Of a stretch of 32,555 nucleotides of DNA, positions 1 to 7,972 are shown one piece after another (the first letter of the stretch is position 1; the number at the start of each line of letters is the position of its first letter). This DNA comes from Candidatus Pacearchaeota archaeon (GTDB lineage Archaea > Nanobdellota > Nanobdellia > Pacearchaeales > GW2011-AR1): positions 1-32,555 of the forward strand of contig NZBV01000022.1 of NCBI GenBank assembly GCA_002686355.1, given 5' to 3'. Position numbers and translations under genes: made by a program. Below the pieces are notes generated by a model. That model was given only the letters and a program-made list of their open reading frames with translations, was not told the DNA's origin and did not search any database.

Positions 1-1143
1 GTCTGTATTTTCACAATCTTTTTGACTTCCTTGAGAAGTACAATCTTGCCATTTATTGACTCTACATGCAGCTGTTTTAAATTCATTTACTTCATCTTGA
101 ATACAAACCTCTTGTCTGAAATCAGCGCAAGACTCAACACTCACCTCGTTGTCGTAACAGACCATTCTAAAGTATCTGCTTCCTGGCAAGTTGTCTTCCA
201 CTCCTTCCTGCCTTGCACACCATGTTTCTCCGTGCTCATAATTGTCTCCTGCGTACTCACAACTTAAATCCCTACAAATATTATCTCCATAAGTTGGTTT
301 TACCTTGTTTTGCCCTTTCTTGAAAGTTTTGCAAGTGCTTCCAAGATAATAATCACAATTCCCGCAAGTTGAAGAATCTGCATTTGAAGAATCATAACCA
401 CAACTCTCAAAATTGTTCTTGACTTTTGACCAATATTCTTTGTCATCTATTTTTCCAGAATCATAAATGTTTGCCAAGTTTCCGCAAGTGTCAATAAAAA
501 AAACTTCGTCCCTGCCTTCAACACAAGTTGTTTTCTTAGATGGTCCGCAATTAGTTCCTAATGTTTCAGCAGAGCATAAATAATCCTCGTGAAAAGAAGT
601 ATCCCCTGCCATCTCATTGCACTTTGCCTTTGAAATAAACAAGCAAGTCCTCTCAAATTCTTTTTCAAAAACACACGCACCCCTTGCTTTCGAAGTCGCT
701 GAAATAATACACTGGACTTCATTTGTAATATCTGTCCGATAATTTGTTTCCAAACCATAAATCGCAGACAATCTTTTACATCTTGTCTGAGTCACAAAAG
801 CAGCCTGGTCTCCAATCAAGCAACAACCCAATTGACATTGAGGAAGATCATCAGCATCCTCGTCATACCAAACACCAGTCTCATCCTCGCAGATTTTTTG
901 AGGTGTGTTATCCATACAAGTCCCTTCTGAACTATCAATGCAAGTCCCCAGTTTACAATATGCTGTTGCCTCGCACGACGTCGGCGCTTTTCTAAAACTC
1001 GCATCACAATTTCCTTCTGGCGCATTTTGACACCATGCTCCTGATGTTGTTTTTTCACAACAATACGATGTTTCTGCAGAAACAAAATTCCCAACTAACG
1101 AGAGAAACAAAATTCCCAAAAAGATTAATAATATTTTTTTCAT
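1..1143 (-). CDS. Giant cysteine-rich secreted/membrane protein, paralog 2 (N-terminal 381 codons only; the gene runs off the left edge)
   Basis: Absent from the ORF track because no stop lies inside the window. Reading the reverse complement from ATG 1143-1141 stays open for all 381 codons to position 1: MKKILLIFLGILFLSLVGNFVSAETSYCCEKTTSGAWCQNAPEGNCD... It has an N-terminal signal peptide. Cys spacing aligns with residues ~50-400 of the 1339-aa protein at 2008-6027 (CGNCDYYLGSTC vs CGNCNYFLGSRC; GACVFEKE vs GACVFENK; RMVCYDNEVSVESCADFRQEVCIQ vs RMCIEGEIKVEQCGDYRGQICIQ). Its ATG directly abuts the TAG of the upstream gene (1144-1146). Confidence 0.85.
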   Translation of the reverse strand, partial: MKKILLIFLGILFLSLVGNFVSAETSYCCEKTTSGAWCQNAPEGNCDASFRKAPTSCEATAYCKLGTCIDSSEGTCMDNTPQKICEDETGVWYDEDADDLPQCQLGCCLIGDQAAFVTQTRCKRLSAIYGLETNYRTDITNEVQCIISATSKARGACVFEKEFERTCLFISKAKCNEMAGDTSFHEDYLCSAETLGTNCGPSKKTTCVEGRDEVFFIDTCGNLANIYDSGKIDDKEYWSKVKNNFESCGYDSSNADSSTCGNCDYYLGSTCKTFKKGQNKVKPTYGDNICRDLSCEYAGDNYEHGETWCARQEGVEDNLPGSRYFRMVCYDNEVSVESCADFRQEVCIQDEVNEFKTAACRVNKWQDCTSQGSQKDCENTD

Positions 1144-1974
1144 CTAAACAACTCCTCCACCATAACCAGGAGGCCATGCAACACTCCTAGACGCAAACTG
1201 AAATTTATTTCCATTGTTCCTGTCTGTCAAAATATAAATCGTAGTCCCATCGCCCTGCTTTTTCTTTTCAACTTTCAAGTCATGATAATAATTCATGTAA
1301 ACAGTTGTCTCAGCGTCGCCATAGTTAGTCTCCCAATCCAAGATGCTATTTGCAATACTCACTAATTCATAAAGATTATTGTTAAACACGACCTCCAGAG
1401 GTTCATATATTGCTGCATCTTCTTTTTCAAGAGTAACTGAATTATTAAATCTTACAACAACTCTTTTTGGAAGCAATTCAACTTCAAAATCAGCATCTCC
1501 TGTTTCAAATCTATAACCCCTCCCCTGATAACTTGCCTTCATGTCTTCAAAACATTGCCTTGCTTTTATATTCACATTATTCTTGATTTCACTCTTAATA
1601 TGCTCCTTCAACATCGGTTGCTGAACAACACATGTCTTATAGTACTCGTTTGTATAACATAAATATTCAATCTTTTCATCTTTATACAGGATATAATGTT
1701 CTGGCTCAATGCTTCCTCCCTGGGATGATAGAATCTCCACGCTGTCTTCAATGTCATCTTCCAAGCATGTCTGAATATACAGCGACGGATTTTCAGGCCT
1801 AACCCCTAAACTTGATTTAATATTGGGATAAAACATGAAAATCAAAATCCCAAAAACTACAATCAGTATCCCTACAATAATGAAGATAGTTGTTTGTCCT
1901 CTTTCGTTCAAATGATTGTTTTGATTTGAACGAGCGAGAGGAAAAATTTTCAATTTTTTTTCACTCTTTTTCAT
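1144..1974 (-). CDS. Prepilin-like protein with putative class III signal peptide (paralog of 6003-6776)
   Basis: 276-aa ORF. The N-terminus ...NERGQTTIFIIVGILIVVFGILIFMF has a basic leader, then G|Q, then a hydrophobic helix, as in archaeal type IV pilin-like precursors. An in-frame TTG at 1911 would give the short leader MNERG, matching MKNRG of the paralog. Four Cys and blocks such as SSQGGSIEPE / LCYTNEYYKTCVVQQPML are conserved with the 261-aa paralog. Confidence 0.75.
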   Translation of the reverse strand: MKKSEKKLKIFPLARSNQNNHLNERGQTTIFIIVGILIVVFGILIFMFYPNIKSSLGVRPENPSLYIQTCLEDDIEDSVEILSSQGGSIEPEHYILYKDEKIEYLCYTNEYYKTCVVQQPMLKEHIKSEIKNNVNIKARQCFEDMKASYQGRGYRFETGDADFEVELLPKRVVVRFNNSVTLEKEDAAIYEPLEVVFNNNLYELVSIANSILDWETNYGDAETTVYMNYYHDLKVEKKKQGDGTTIYILTDRNNGNKFQFASRSVAWPPGYGGGVV

Positions 1975-2007
1975 GTTTAGTTTATGTTATTACGATTTAT
2001 AAATATT

Positions 2008-5000
2008 TCAATCAAATGATTTAACCTCAATGCTACAGCCATTCCCTTTGTTGCCCCAGATATCCCTGCACTGGATATGATATGTTTGTCCTGAAACTTT
2101 GCTTGCACTATGTTCTTTTGAAAATGCGGTTGTCATAGGAGAAGCATTGTCAATGTCAAAATTACACTTGTTAAAATCATAATAACATTCCGCTTCTTCA
2201 TCAGTCAAAATCTTTAGTTCATTGTTCTCATAATAAACTCTTGTGACAATTGGTGCAAAAGTGTCAAGATTTAGTACAAAATCAGTATTGGCATTTGCAA
2301 TATTACCTGCATCATCTTCACATTCAATAAAAAGAGTATACCCCCCAGACATCATTGAATCAAAGGATTGCTTATGATAATGAGAATAAGTATCAAAAAA
2401 CAAATTTGAAGTTCCATTTTCTGAAAATTTATAAAAACATACCGCCTCGCCATCTTTTGCTCCTCCAGAAGTACTTGCTTCTAATTCTACAGTAATAGGT
2501 TCAAACCCTCGGTTGATTTCTCCACTTGGAGAAACAGAAACAATTTCTAACTCACTTGTTGAGCTTTTTAATGTGAAAACAAAACTTTCTGAATGGGTGT
2601 TCGCATTTCTTATCTTTTTAATTGTATTCCCAACAACTAATCCCCCTTCTTTTATGATATTGTTTGTTAGCCAAGGCATACTTGATAATTGGATGTTAGT
2701 AGACACTGAACAATTATTTCCTGCCCCCATGCACCTTTTTATTATCCCAGAGGAAGGGTTTAATACATTTATTTCTGCTACCTTTTCTTGTTTTTCAGAA
2801 TTTTTTAATCTCCAGATACCATTTATCTTTTCTGTAGGATTTTTTACTAACCAAGTTAGATTTGTTATAGAATCTGTTATTAACCATTGCTCTCCCATAT
2901 CTGAAATATTAACTTCTTCTTCATTTCCCTCAGATTTTTTCTCAATCCAATTTATCCCAGTTACTACATCATCAATTAACCAAGGCTGATCTTTACACCG
3001 AATATAAAAATTATTTTCTTTTTTGTCCAAACCTGTTAATGTTGTATGACATTTCCATCCAAAATCAGTTGTTCGCAATAAATTTGTTTCACAGGCCATG
3101 TTTGTCCCCATATATCTATAGTCCCTGTCAATTGAATCAACTCTGCACTCTGCTGGCTCGTTTAAATAAACATCAAGATTTTTCTCAGTGTCCCCAAATG
3201 GAAGATAAGAACCCTGCTTTGGGGCTGTAGCCATAATAATCGGAGGAGTTAAGTCAGGCCCTTGATTAATGCAAAAATTAACAACATATTCATTTAAATT
3301 ATAGTTGCCGTGATAATCCTGGCACCGCACATACATGTTCATGTCAGAATACATCGCACTTAAATCTCCAATTGTATTGTAAGTATTAAGACTATCAACA
3401 CTCGGAGCTGAAAAAGCAAATGTATGATTCTCTGAAAACTTGTTTTGCCCAAGAGGATATTCTTTCATATCTTCATAATTATTTGTTCTTTCAAAACTAT
3501 ATTTGCACTGTGCATGCTCATCTGTATTCAAGGAAAATAAAACAGGCTTGAATTCTGTAATGCATTCTTTTCCAACCTCTTTTATCCTAATTTTGTTAGT
3601 GCCTTCTTGAATCAATGTAAGGTTAGGAAAAATTTCTCCTGGAGAAATTACAGGCGGTGTATTGTCATTTGGAATGCTCTCACAAATAGGATTCTCTTCA
3701 TCCTCATTTAATAATATACACGCTTTCCCAAGAGATTCACACCTGTATTCAGAACAAGGCTTTAAAATATCATCGTCGCACTTTTTACAATTGTCTCCCC
3801 CCAATGGCGCTTCCCACTGCATACATTCAAACTTAACAACAACTGTTTTTGTATCTCCCCATCCAATTATTTTGAAAACTATTGCCATTACTACTACAAC
3901 AATTACAGCCCAAATAACAGGGCCTAGAAGTGGGCCTAATTTACCCACTATTCCAAATGCTGCTAGATTTGAACCTTTAAATGCTGCATATGCAGCAACC
4001 CCTCCTGCAATCCCTCCTGCAATTGATAATGCCAATGCAGCATTACCTTGAATATCAAATGCTTTTGCAGCCAAACTCCCAACCATCATACCTATTGCAA
4101 CCCCTCCTGCAGCAGCACCAACAGAGCCCAATGTTGTGGCTGCAGCACCAGACATTTTCATTCCAAGAAGAGATGCTGTTTGGGTAGTTGTAGTCATACC
4201 GCCAATAGTGGATGTTATTGTTGAAGTAGCCATAATCATGTATAACCCCCCAATCAATGCCCCCACTCCAAAAGAAATCATCCCAAGCAACTTAACACCT
4301 TTAGCAAAATCATTTTCTTCAGCTCCAGCAACACCCCCATCTCTCCCCCCACTTCCTCCACCCATCTCTTCTAAAACCTGGGCAATACTTTTTGGTTTTG
4401 CAAATTGTCCTTCAACTGGTTCTGAATATTTTTTATAATCTTGCCAATCAATTCCAGGAGCATTCTGAACTTCTGAATTTTCTGTTCCATCTCCAATATA
4501 ATTTACATAACTACCACAATCTCCCAAACCAATACACAAGTCACTCATCTGCTCTGAAAATTCACTGCTTTCACATTCACAATTCTGTTCACAATTCCAG
4601 CTCCCTTTCCAATCTTTTACATAAAGAACTTCGCATGTTTGACTTGCCATCCCGCACACATTTGGAGATTCTAGAGCTTCATCTCCTGTCAAGTAAGAAC
4701 CTTTGGGGTATTTCCCGACGCAAATATCAAATTGAAATTGGTCAGTAATCCTAATTTCTTTCCAGACACAATATTCATTTCCCTGACAAGCAGCTGCCTT
4801 GGGGTTCTCTTGCAGTGAATTATAATTGAGACATATATTTGCTTCATTAATCACACATGCAGCCATTGTGAAGTTCTTTCCTGTCCTATTGTTCCCCATT
4901 TCCGATTGAATACAAATCTGTCCTCTGTAATCCCCACACTGTTCAACTTTTATTTCTCCCTCAATACACATTCTCTTCCAGTGTCGGCTTCCAACAGTAT

Positions 5001-6003
5001 CTTTTCCGTCGCCAATAAAAGAATCGTAAACACACCAACTTTCCCCATTTACTCTTTCCCTTCCTTCAGAATCAACACAATTTAAATTTTCACAGATAAA
5101 ATCCCCATCTTTGATAGAACCCCCTGTTATTTTAAGATTTGCCAGAATATTTGTTTCAGCACACCTGCTTCCTAAAAAATAATTACAATTTCCACAATCT
5201 TGAGAATCTGCATTTGAAGAACTTGCACCACAACTGTCTTCTTTTCTCAAAACTTCCCCCTCATTCCACGACGCATCTTTGTCAGATGAATAAATATTTT
5301 CCTTATTTCCGCAACTATCAAACCAGTAAATTTCGGCTTTTCTTTCAAGGCACCCAGTTGAATTTTGTTTTTCACAAGTTGTGTCCAAACTTTTTTTAGA
5401 ACATAAACTATTTTCTGAAAAATCTCCTCCTAACCTCCCACACCCACTTTCTGTTGTAAACTTGCAAACTTTATTTTCAAAAACACACGCTCCTTGTGAC
5501 TGGACTGCTGCAAGTGCAAGACACTCATATTCTGTTTCCAAATCTCTGAAGTCTTTTTCAAACCCAAATACCAAAGAAAGCTGTTCACATCTTTTGTCGG
5601 TAACAAACTGGATTTCATCTCCTAAAACACAACATCCTTTTTGGCATTCAAAGATATTACAATTTTCATCTCCCTGCCAAACCCCCAAATCATCTTCACA
5701 TTTCCCTTTTGGAGATTTAGTAGTGCATAAGCCCTCTTTTTCATCAACACAACAACCAATTTTACAATCTACCGATGTCTCACACTTTGTCTGTTGAAGC
5801 GCCTTAGCACAATTATCATAATCAGAAAGAACATTCTGGCAAATTGCTCCGTCATTAGTTTTAGGACAGCATGAAAACGCTTGGGCAGAAACACTTGGAA
5901 TCAAATCTAATTGATTCAATTGATAACTATTTGCAAAAAGCATAGTTGCCAACAAGAAAATTTGGAATACTGCTATGAACAATAAAATATTTTTGTTTTT
6001 CAT
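2008..6003 (-). CDS. Giant (about 1330 aa) cysteine-rich surface protein with a signal peptide, Cys-rich ectodomain, glycine-zipper multi-TM core and a C-terminal beta-rich repeat ectodomain
   Basis: Uninterrupted 1339-codon ORF (track 2008-6027). The start is more likely ATG 6003-6001 (MKNKNILLFIAVFQIFLLATMLFANS, a signal-peptide-like N-terminus), which overlaps the TAA of the upstream gene as TAATG. The central segment LLGMISFGVGALIGGLYMIM...GAAAGGVAIGMMVGSLAA...LSIAGGIAGGVAAYAAF...PVIWAVIVVVVMAIVFKIIGW has about 4 hydrophobic Gly/Ala-rich helices. There are many Cys and N-x-S/T sequons on both sides of it. Confidence 0.9.
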   Translation of the reverse strand: MKNKNILLFIAVFQIFLLATMLFANSYQLNQLDLIPSVSAQAFSCCPKTNDGAICQNVLSDYDNCAKALQQTKCETSVDCKIGCCVDEKEGLCTTKSPKGKCEDDLGVWQGDENCNIFECQKGCCVLGDEIQFVTDKRCEQLSLVFGFEKDFRDLETEYECLALAAVQSQGACVFENKVCKFTTESGCGRLGGDFSENSLCSKKSLDTTCEKQNSTGCLERKAEIYWFDSCGNKENIYSSDKDASWNEGEVLRKEDSCGASSSNADSQDCGNCNYFLGSRCAETNILANLKITGGSIKDGDFICENLNCVDSEGRERVNGESWCVYDSFIGDGKDTVGSRHWKRMCIEGEIKVEQCGDYRGQICIQSEMGNNRTGKNFTMAACVINEANICLNYNSLQENPKAAACQGNEYCVWKEIRITDQFQFDICVGKYPKGSYLTGDEALESPNVCGMASQTCEVLYVKDWKGSWNCEQNCECESSEFSEQMSDLCIGLGDCGSYVNYIGDGTENSEVQNAPGIDWQDYKKYSEPVEGQFAKPKSIAQVLEEMGGGSGGRDGGVAGAEENDFAKGVKLLGMISFGVGALIGGLYMIMATSTITSTIGGMTTTTQTASLLGMKMSGAAATTLGSVGAAAGGVAIGMMVGSLAAKAFDIQGNAALALSIAGGIAGGVAAYAAFKGSNLAAFGIVGKLGPLLGPVIWAVIVVVVMAIVFKIIGWGDTKTVVVKFECMQWEAPLGGDNCKKCDDDILKPCSEYRCESLGKACILLNEDEENPICESIPNDNTPPVISPGEIFPNLTLIQEGTNKIRIKEVGKECITEFKPVLFSLNTDEHAQCKYSFERTNNYEDMKEYPLGQNKFSENHTFAFSAPSVDSLNTYNTIGDLSAMYSDMNMYVRCQDYHGNYNLNEYVVNFCINQGPDLTPPIIMATAPKQGSYLPFGDTEKNLDVYLNEPAECRVDSIDRDYRYMGTNMACETNLLRTTDFGWKCHTTLTGLDKKENNFYIRCKDQPWLIDDVVTGINWIEKKSEGNEEEVNISDMGEQWLITDSITNLTWLVKNPTEKINGIWRLKNSEKQEKVAEINVLNPSSGIIKRCMGAGNNCSVSTNIQLSSMPWLTNNIIKEGGLVVGNTIKKIRNANTHSESFVFTLKSSTSELEIVSVSPSGEINRGFEPITVELEASTSGGAKDGEAVCFYKFSENGTSNLFFDTYSHYHKQSFDSMMSGGYTLFIECEDDAGNIANANTDFVLNLDTFAPIVTRVYYENNELKILTDEEAECYYDFNKCNFDIDNASPMTTAFSKEHSASKVSGQTYHIQCRDIWGNKGNGCSIEVKSFD

Positions 6004-6776
6004 TACATACCAGCTGGCATCACACACCCCCTTACAGCGAATCTAAAACTCTCTCCACTTTTTCTGTGTTTTAATGTATAGATTGTTTTTGAGTCTCCGG
6101 TTTTAAACTTGTCAAGTTCAAATTCGGGATTAAGCAACATAAGACCCATTTGTTCAAAATGACAATATTTTGCTTCCTGGCTGACAATTTCTTGTGCAAC
6201 AACAGCCAGATTATAAAACATCGTCGGAATCCTGACTTCAAAATTTTTTTGTTTAGAAGTTTCTCCTGTTTTTGTAAGAATAATCTTTCCGTAAATATTC
6301 ACCAATATTTTTTTTGGAATCAATTCAATTCCAAATCCTTCATAAGAGGAATTAACAACATAATCTTGTTTTTCTAAATTTGACATTAAATCATCAAAAC
6401 AATTTTCAACATCTTCTAAAATATAGTTTTTTATTTCATCTTTTAGATGCCGAATTAACATTGGCTCTTGGTTCACGCAGGGAATGTAATTATTTTCAGT
6501 ATAGCAAAGATATGAAATGTTTTGATGTTTCTCCTTTTCAAATTTAAATCCAAAACTAAATTCTGGTTCAATATACCCCCCTTGAGGAGACATAATTGCA
6601 ATGGCTTCTTTTACTTTTCCCGCAATGCAAGATTCAAAAAATATGTTTGGATTTGTTTCTTTCCCAAAATCTAATTGGGGAATTAATTTCCCCCTGTAAA
6701 AGAATAATAGTACGATAATCACAATTAGGATTACTCCTGCAATTATAAATATGTTCATCTGTCCTCGATTTTTCAT
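6003..6776 (-). CDS. Prepilin-like protein with putative class III signal peptide (paralog of 1144-1974)
   Basis: ORF track 6003-6788. The start is more likely ATG 6776-6774, giving MKNRG|QMNIFIIAGVILIVIIVLLFF, and it overlaps the TGA of the upstream wHTH gene as ATGA. It is homologous along its length to the 276-aa protein (SPQGGYIEPE, LCYTENNYIPCVNQEPML, F.F..R motifs). Confidence 0.8.
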   Translation of the reverse strand: MKNRGQMNIFIIAGVILIVIIVLLFFYRGKLIPQLDFGKETNPNIFFESCIAGKVKEAIAIMSPQGGYIEPEFSFGFKFEKEKHQNISYLCYTENNYIPCVNQEPMLIRHLKDEIKNYILEDVENCFDDLMSNLEKQDYVVNSSYEGFGIELIPKKILVNIYGKIILTKTGETSKQKNFEVRIPTMFYNLAVVAQEIVSQEAKYCHFEQMGLMLLNPEFELDKFKTGDSKTIYTLKHRKSGESFRFAVRGCVMPAGM

Positions 6777-6958
6777 TTTAATACCCATAAATTAACACCT
6801 TGTTTTTTAATTTTTTGAACCTTACCATCCACGACTAATTCAAGAAGATGCTTATCAGCAGTATTCCATGAAACCTTAAGATGCTTCGCAATTTCCGAGC
6901 TAGTTACAACCTTTTCTTTTTTCAGAAGCCGTAATATCTTTTTACTATGAGATTTCAT
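6773..6958 (-). CDS. Small winged-helix (wHTH) DNA-binding protein, putative transcription regulator
   Basis: The track ORF 6773-7042 would overlap PCNA. The internal ATG at 6958 gives the 61-aa product MKSHSKKILRLLKKEKVVTSSEIAKHLKVSWNTADKHLLELVVDGKVQKIKKQGVNLWVLK. This matches the H1-H2-H3-wing pattern of small archaeal wHTH proteins. The stop overlaps the next start (ATGA). Confidence 0.65.
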   Translation of the reverse strand: MKSHSKKILRLLKKEKVVTSSEIAKHLKVSWNTADKHLLELVVDGKVQKIKKQGVNLWVLK

Positions 6959-6992
6959 AATAATATTCCTATTAGTACTATAAGGAAGATAC

Positions 6993-7001
6993 ATATATAA
7001 A
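6993..7001 (-). promoter_or_regulatory. Candidate TATA box (TTTATATAT on the minus strand) for the wHTH and surface-module operon
   Basis: An AT-rich TATA-like octamer/nonamer lies 34 nt upstream of ATG 6958, just downstream of the PCNA stop (7008). Confidence 0.35.
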
Positions 7002-7007
7002 TGTTTT

Positions 7008-7733
7008 CTAATCTTCAGTTTCAACTCTCGGAGCAAGAACAAAACTTAATTCCATCCCCTCTGTCCTGAAATCCATTCGTAGAGGATGCTCATTCGCAAA
7101 ATTCATGACAACTCTATCTGCTATTTTTGCACCTTTAATGAATTTTGACAAATATTCTAGGCTATACCTTGCCTTACAATCTTCAGCATTTATCTCTGCC
7201 TCATCTCCTGAGAATTCAGAACGTGCAGAATTAATTCCCTTTGCTTCAATTATGAATTTTCCTTCTTCGATGATAAAAGAACATGCATCAGCCACAACAG
7301 TACAATCCTCAATTGAATCGACTAAATCACTTGAATTCATCTCCACTTTTGAACTAAAATCAAGGTTTGGAAGTTCCTTGTCCTCGCTGCTAATCTCAAT
7401 CAAGTTCAGTTTGAATGTTCTCTTTATCCGGTCATAAATCTGAATGTTCAATAAATTCTCTTGTTTCTCTAAAATAATTGAACTTTTTGTCCCGCTTCTT
7501 TTTAAAATCTTCTTCAAATCATCTAGATTAACCCCCAAAACTTCATCACTGGTTTCAAATTGAGAGAATGCTCTTTTTGGAAGACGAAATCCAACCATCG
7601 TAACATTCGCGGGATCAATCGCAACAATGCTCATCCCCGAATCATTAATCTTTATCCTAACTTCTGTCACAAGCTCGGCTAAAATATCAATCACCTTTGA
7701 TAACTGCGCAGGATTTTCAAGTTTAACCAACAT
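7008..7733 (-). CDS. pcn: DNA polymerase sliding clamp (PCNA)
   Basis: The 241-aa product has typical archaeal PCNA length and sequence pattern (MLVKLENPAQLSKVIDILAELVTEVRIKINDSGMSIVAIDPANV...LEYLSKFIKGAKIADRVVMNFANEHPLRMDF...FVLAPRVE). Confidence 0.95.
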   Translation of the reverse strand: MLVKLENPAQLSKVIDILAELVTEVRIKINDSGMSIVAIDPANVTMVGFRLPKRAFSQFETSDEVLGVNLDDLKKILKRSGTKSSIILEKQENLLNIQIYDRIKRTFKLNLIEISSEDKELPNLDFSSKVEMNSSDLVDSIEDCTVVADACSFIIEEGKFIIEAKGINSARSEFSGDEAEINAEDCKARYSLEYLSKFIKGAKIADRVVMNFANEHPLRMDFRTEGMELSFVLAPRVETED

Positions 7734-7972
7734 AACCTAAAAAGAAAATTACTCTTTAAATTAATTGTTATAATTAAGTATAGGATTTATTTAAACTATT
7801 GTTCTAAACATTTTAACGCAAAATCATAAATGTCCCAACAGGGTACATACCCAACAGTTTCTTCAACAGGCTCCATCTCACCATTCATAAATCACTAAAG
7901 ATTTCCAAGTTTTTAAATTTAAAGTTTTTAAACCACAATAAACAATTTAAACTTCTTCCGATTCTCTTAAAT

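Noticed and set aside
744-1094. Track ORFs 744-995 (+) and 816-1094 (-)
   Set aside because: Both lie inside the 381-codon open frame read from ATG 1143 on the minus strand, which has a signal peptide and clear paralogy to the 1339-aa protein. They are out-of-frame or antisense shadows.
2513-5797. Multiple plus-strand ORFs inside the giant gene, for example the Ala/Pro-rich 3662-4051 and 4136-4438
   Set aside because: They are antisense to a long, internally consistent minus-strand CDS. Their odd compositions (Pro/Ala-rich) are the mirror image of the Gly/Ala-rich membrane core.
7734-7972. Replication origin between the divergent PCNA and primase genes
   Set aside because: I could find no repeated ORB-like inverted or direct repeats and no adjacent orc1/cdc6 gene. 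AT-richness alone is not informative in this genome.
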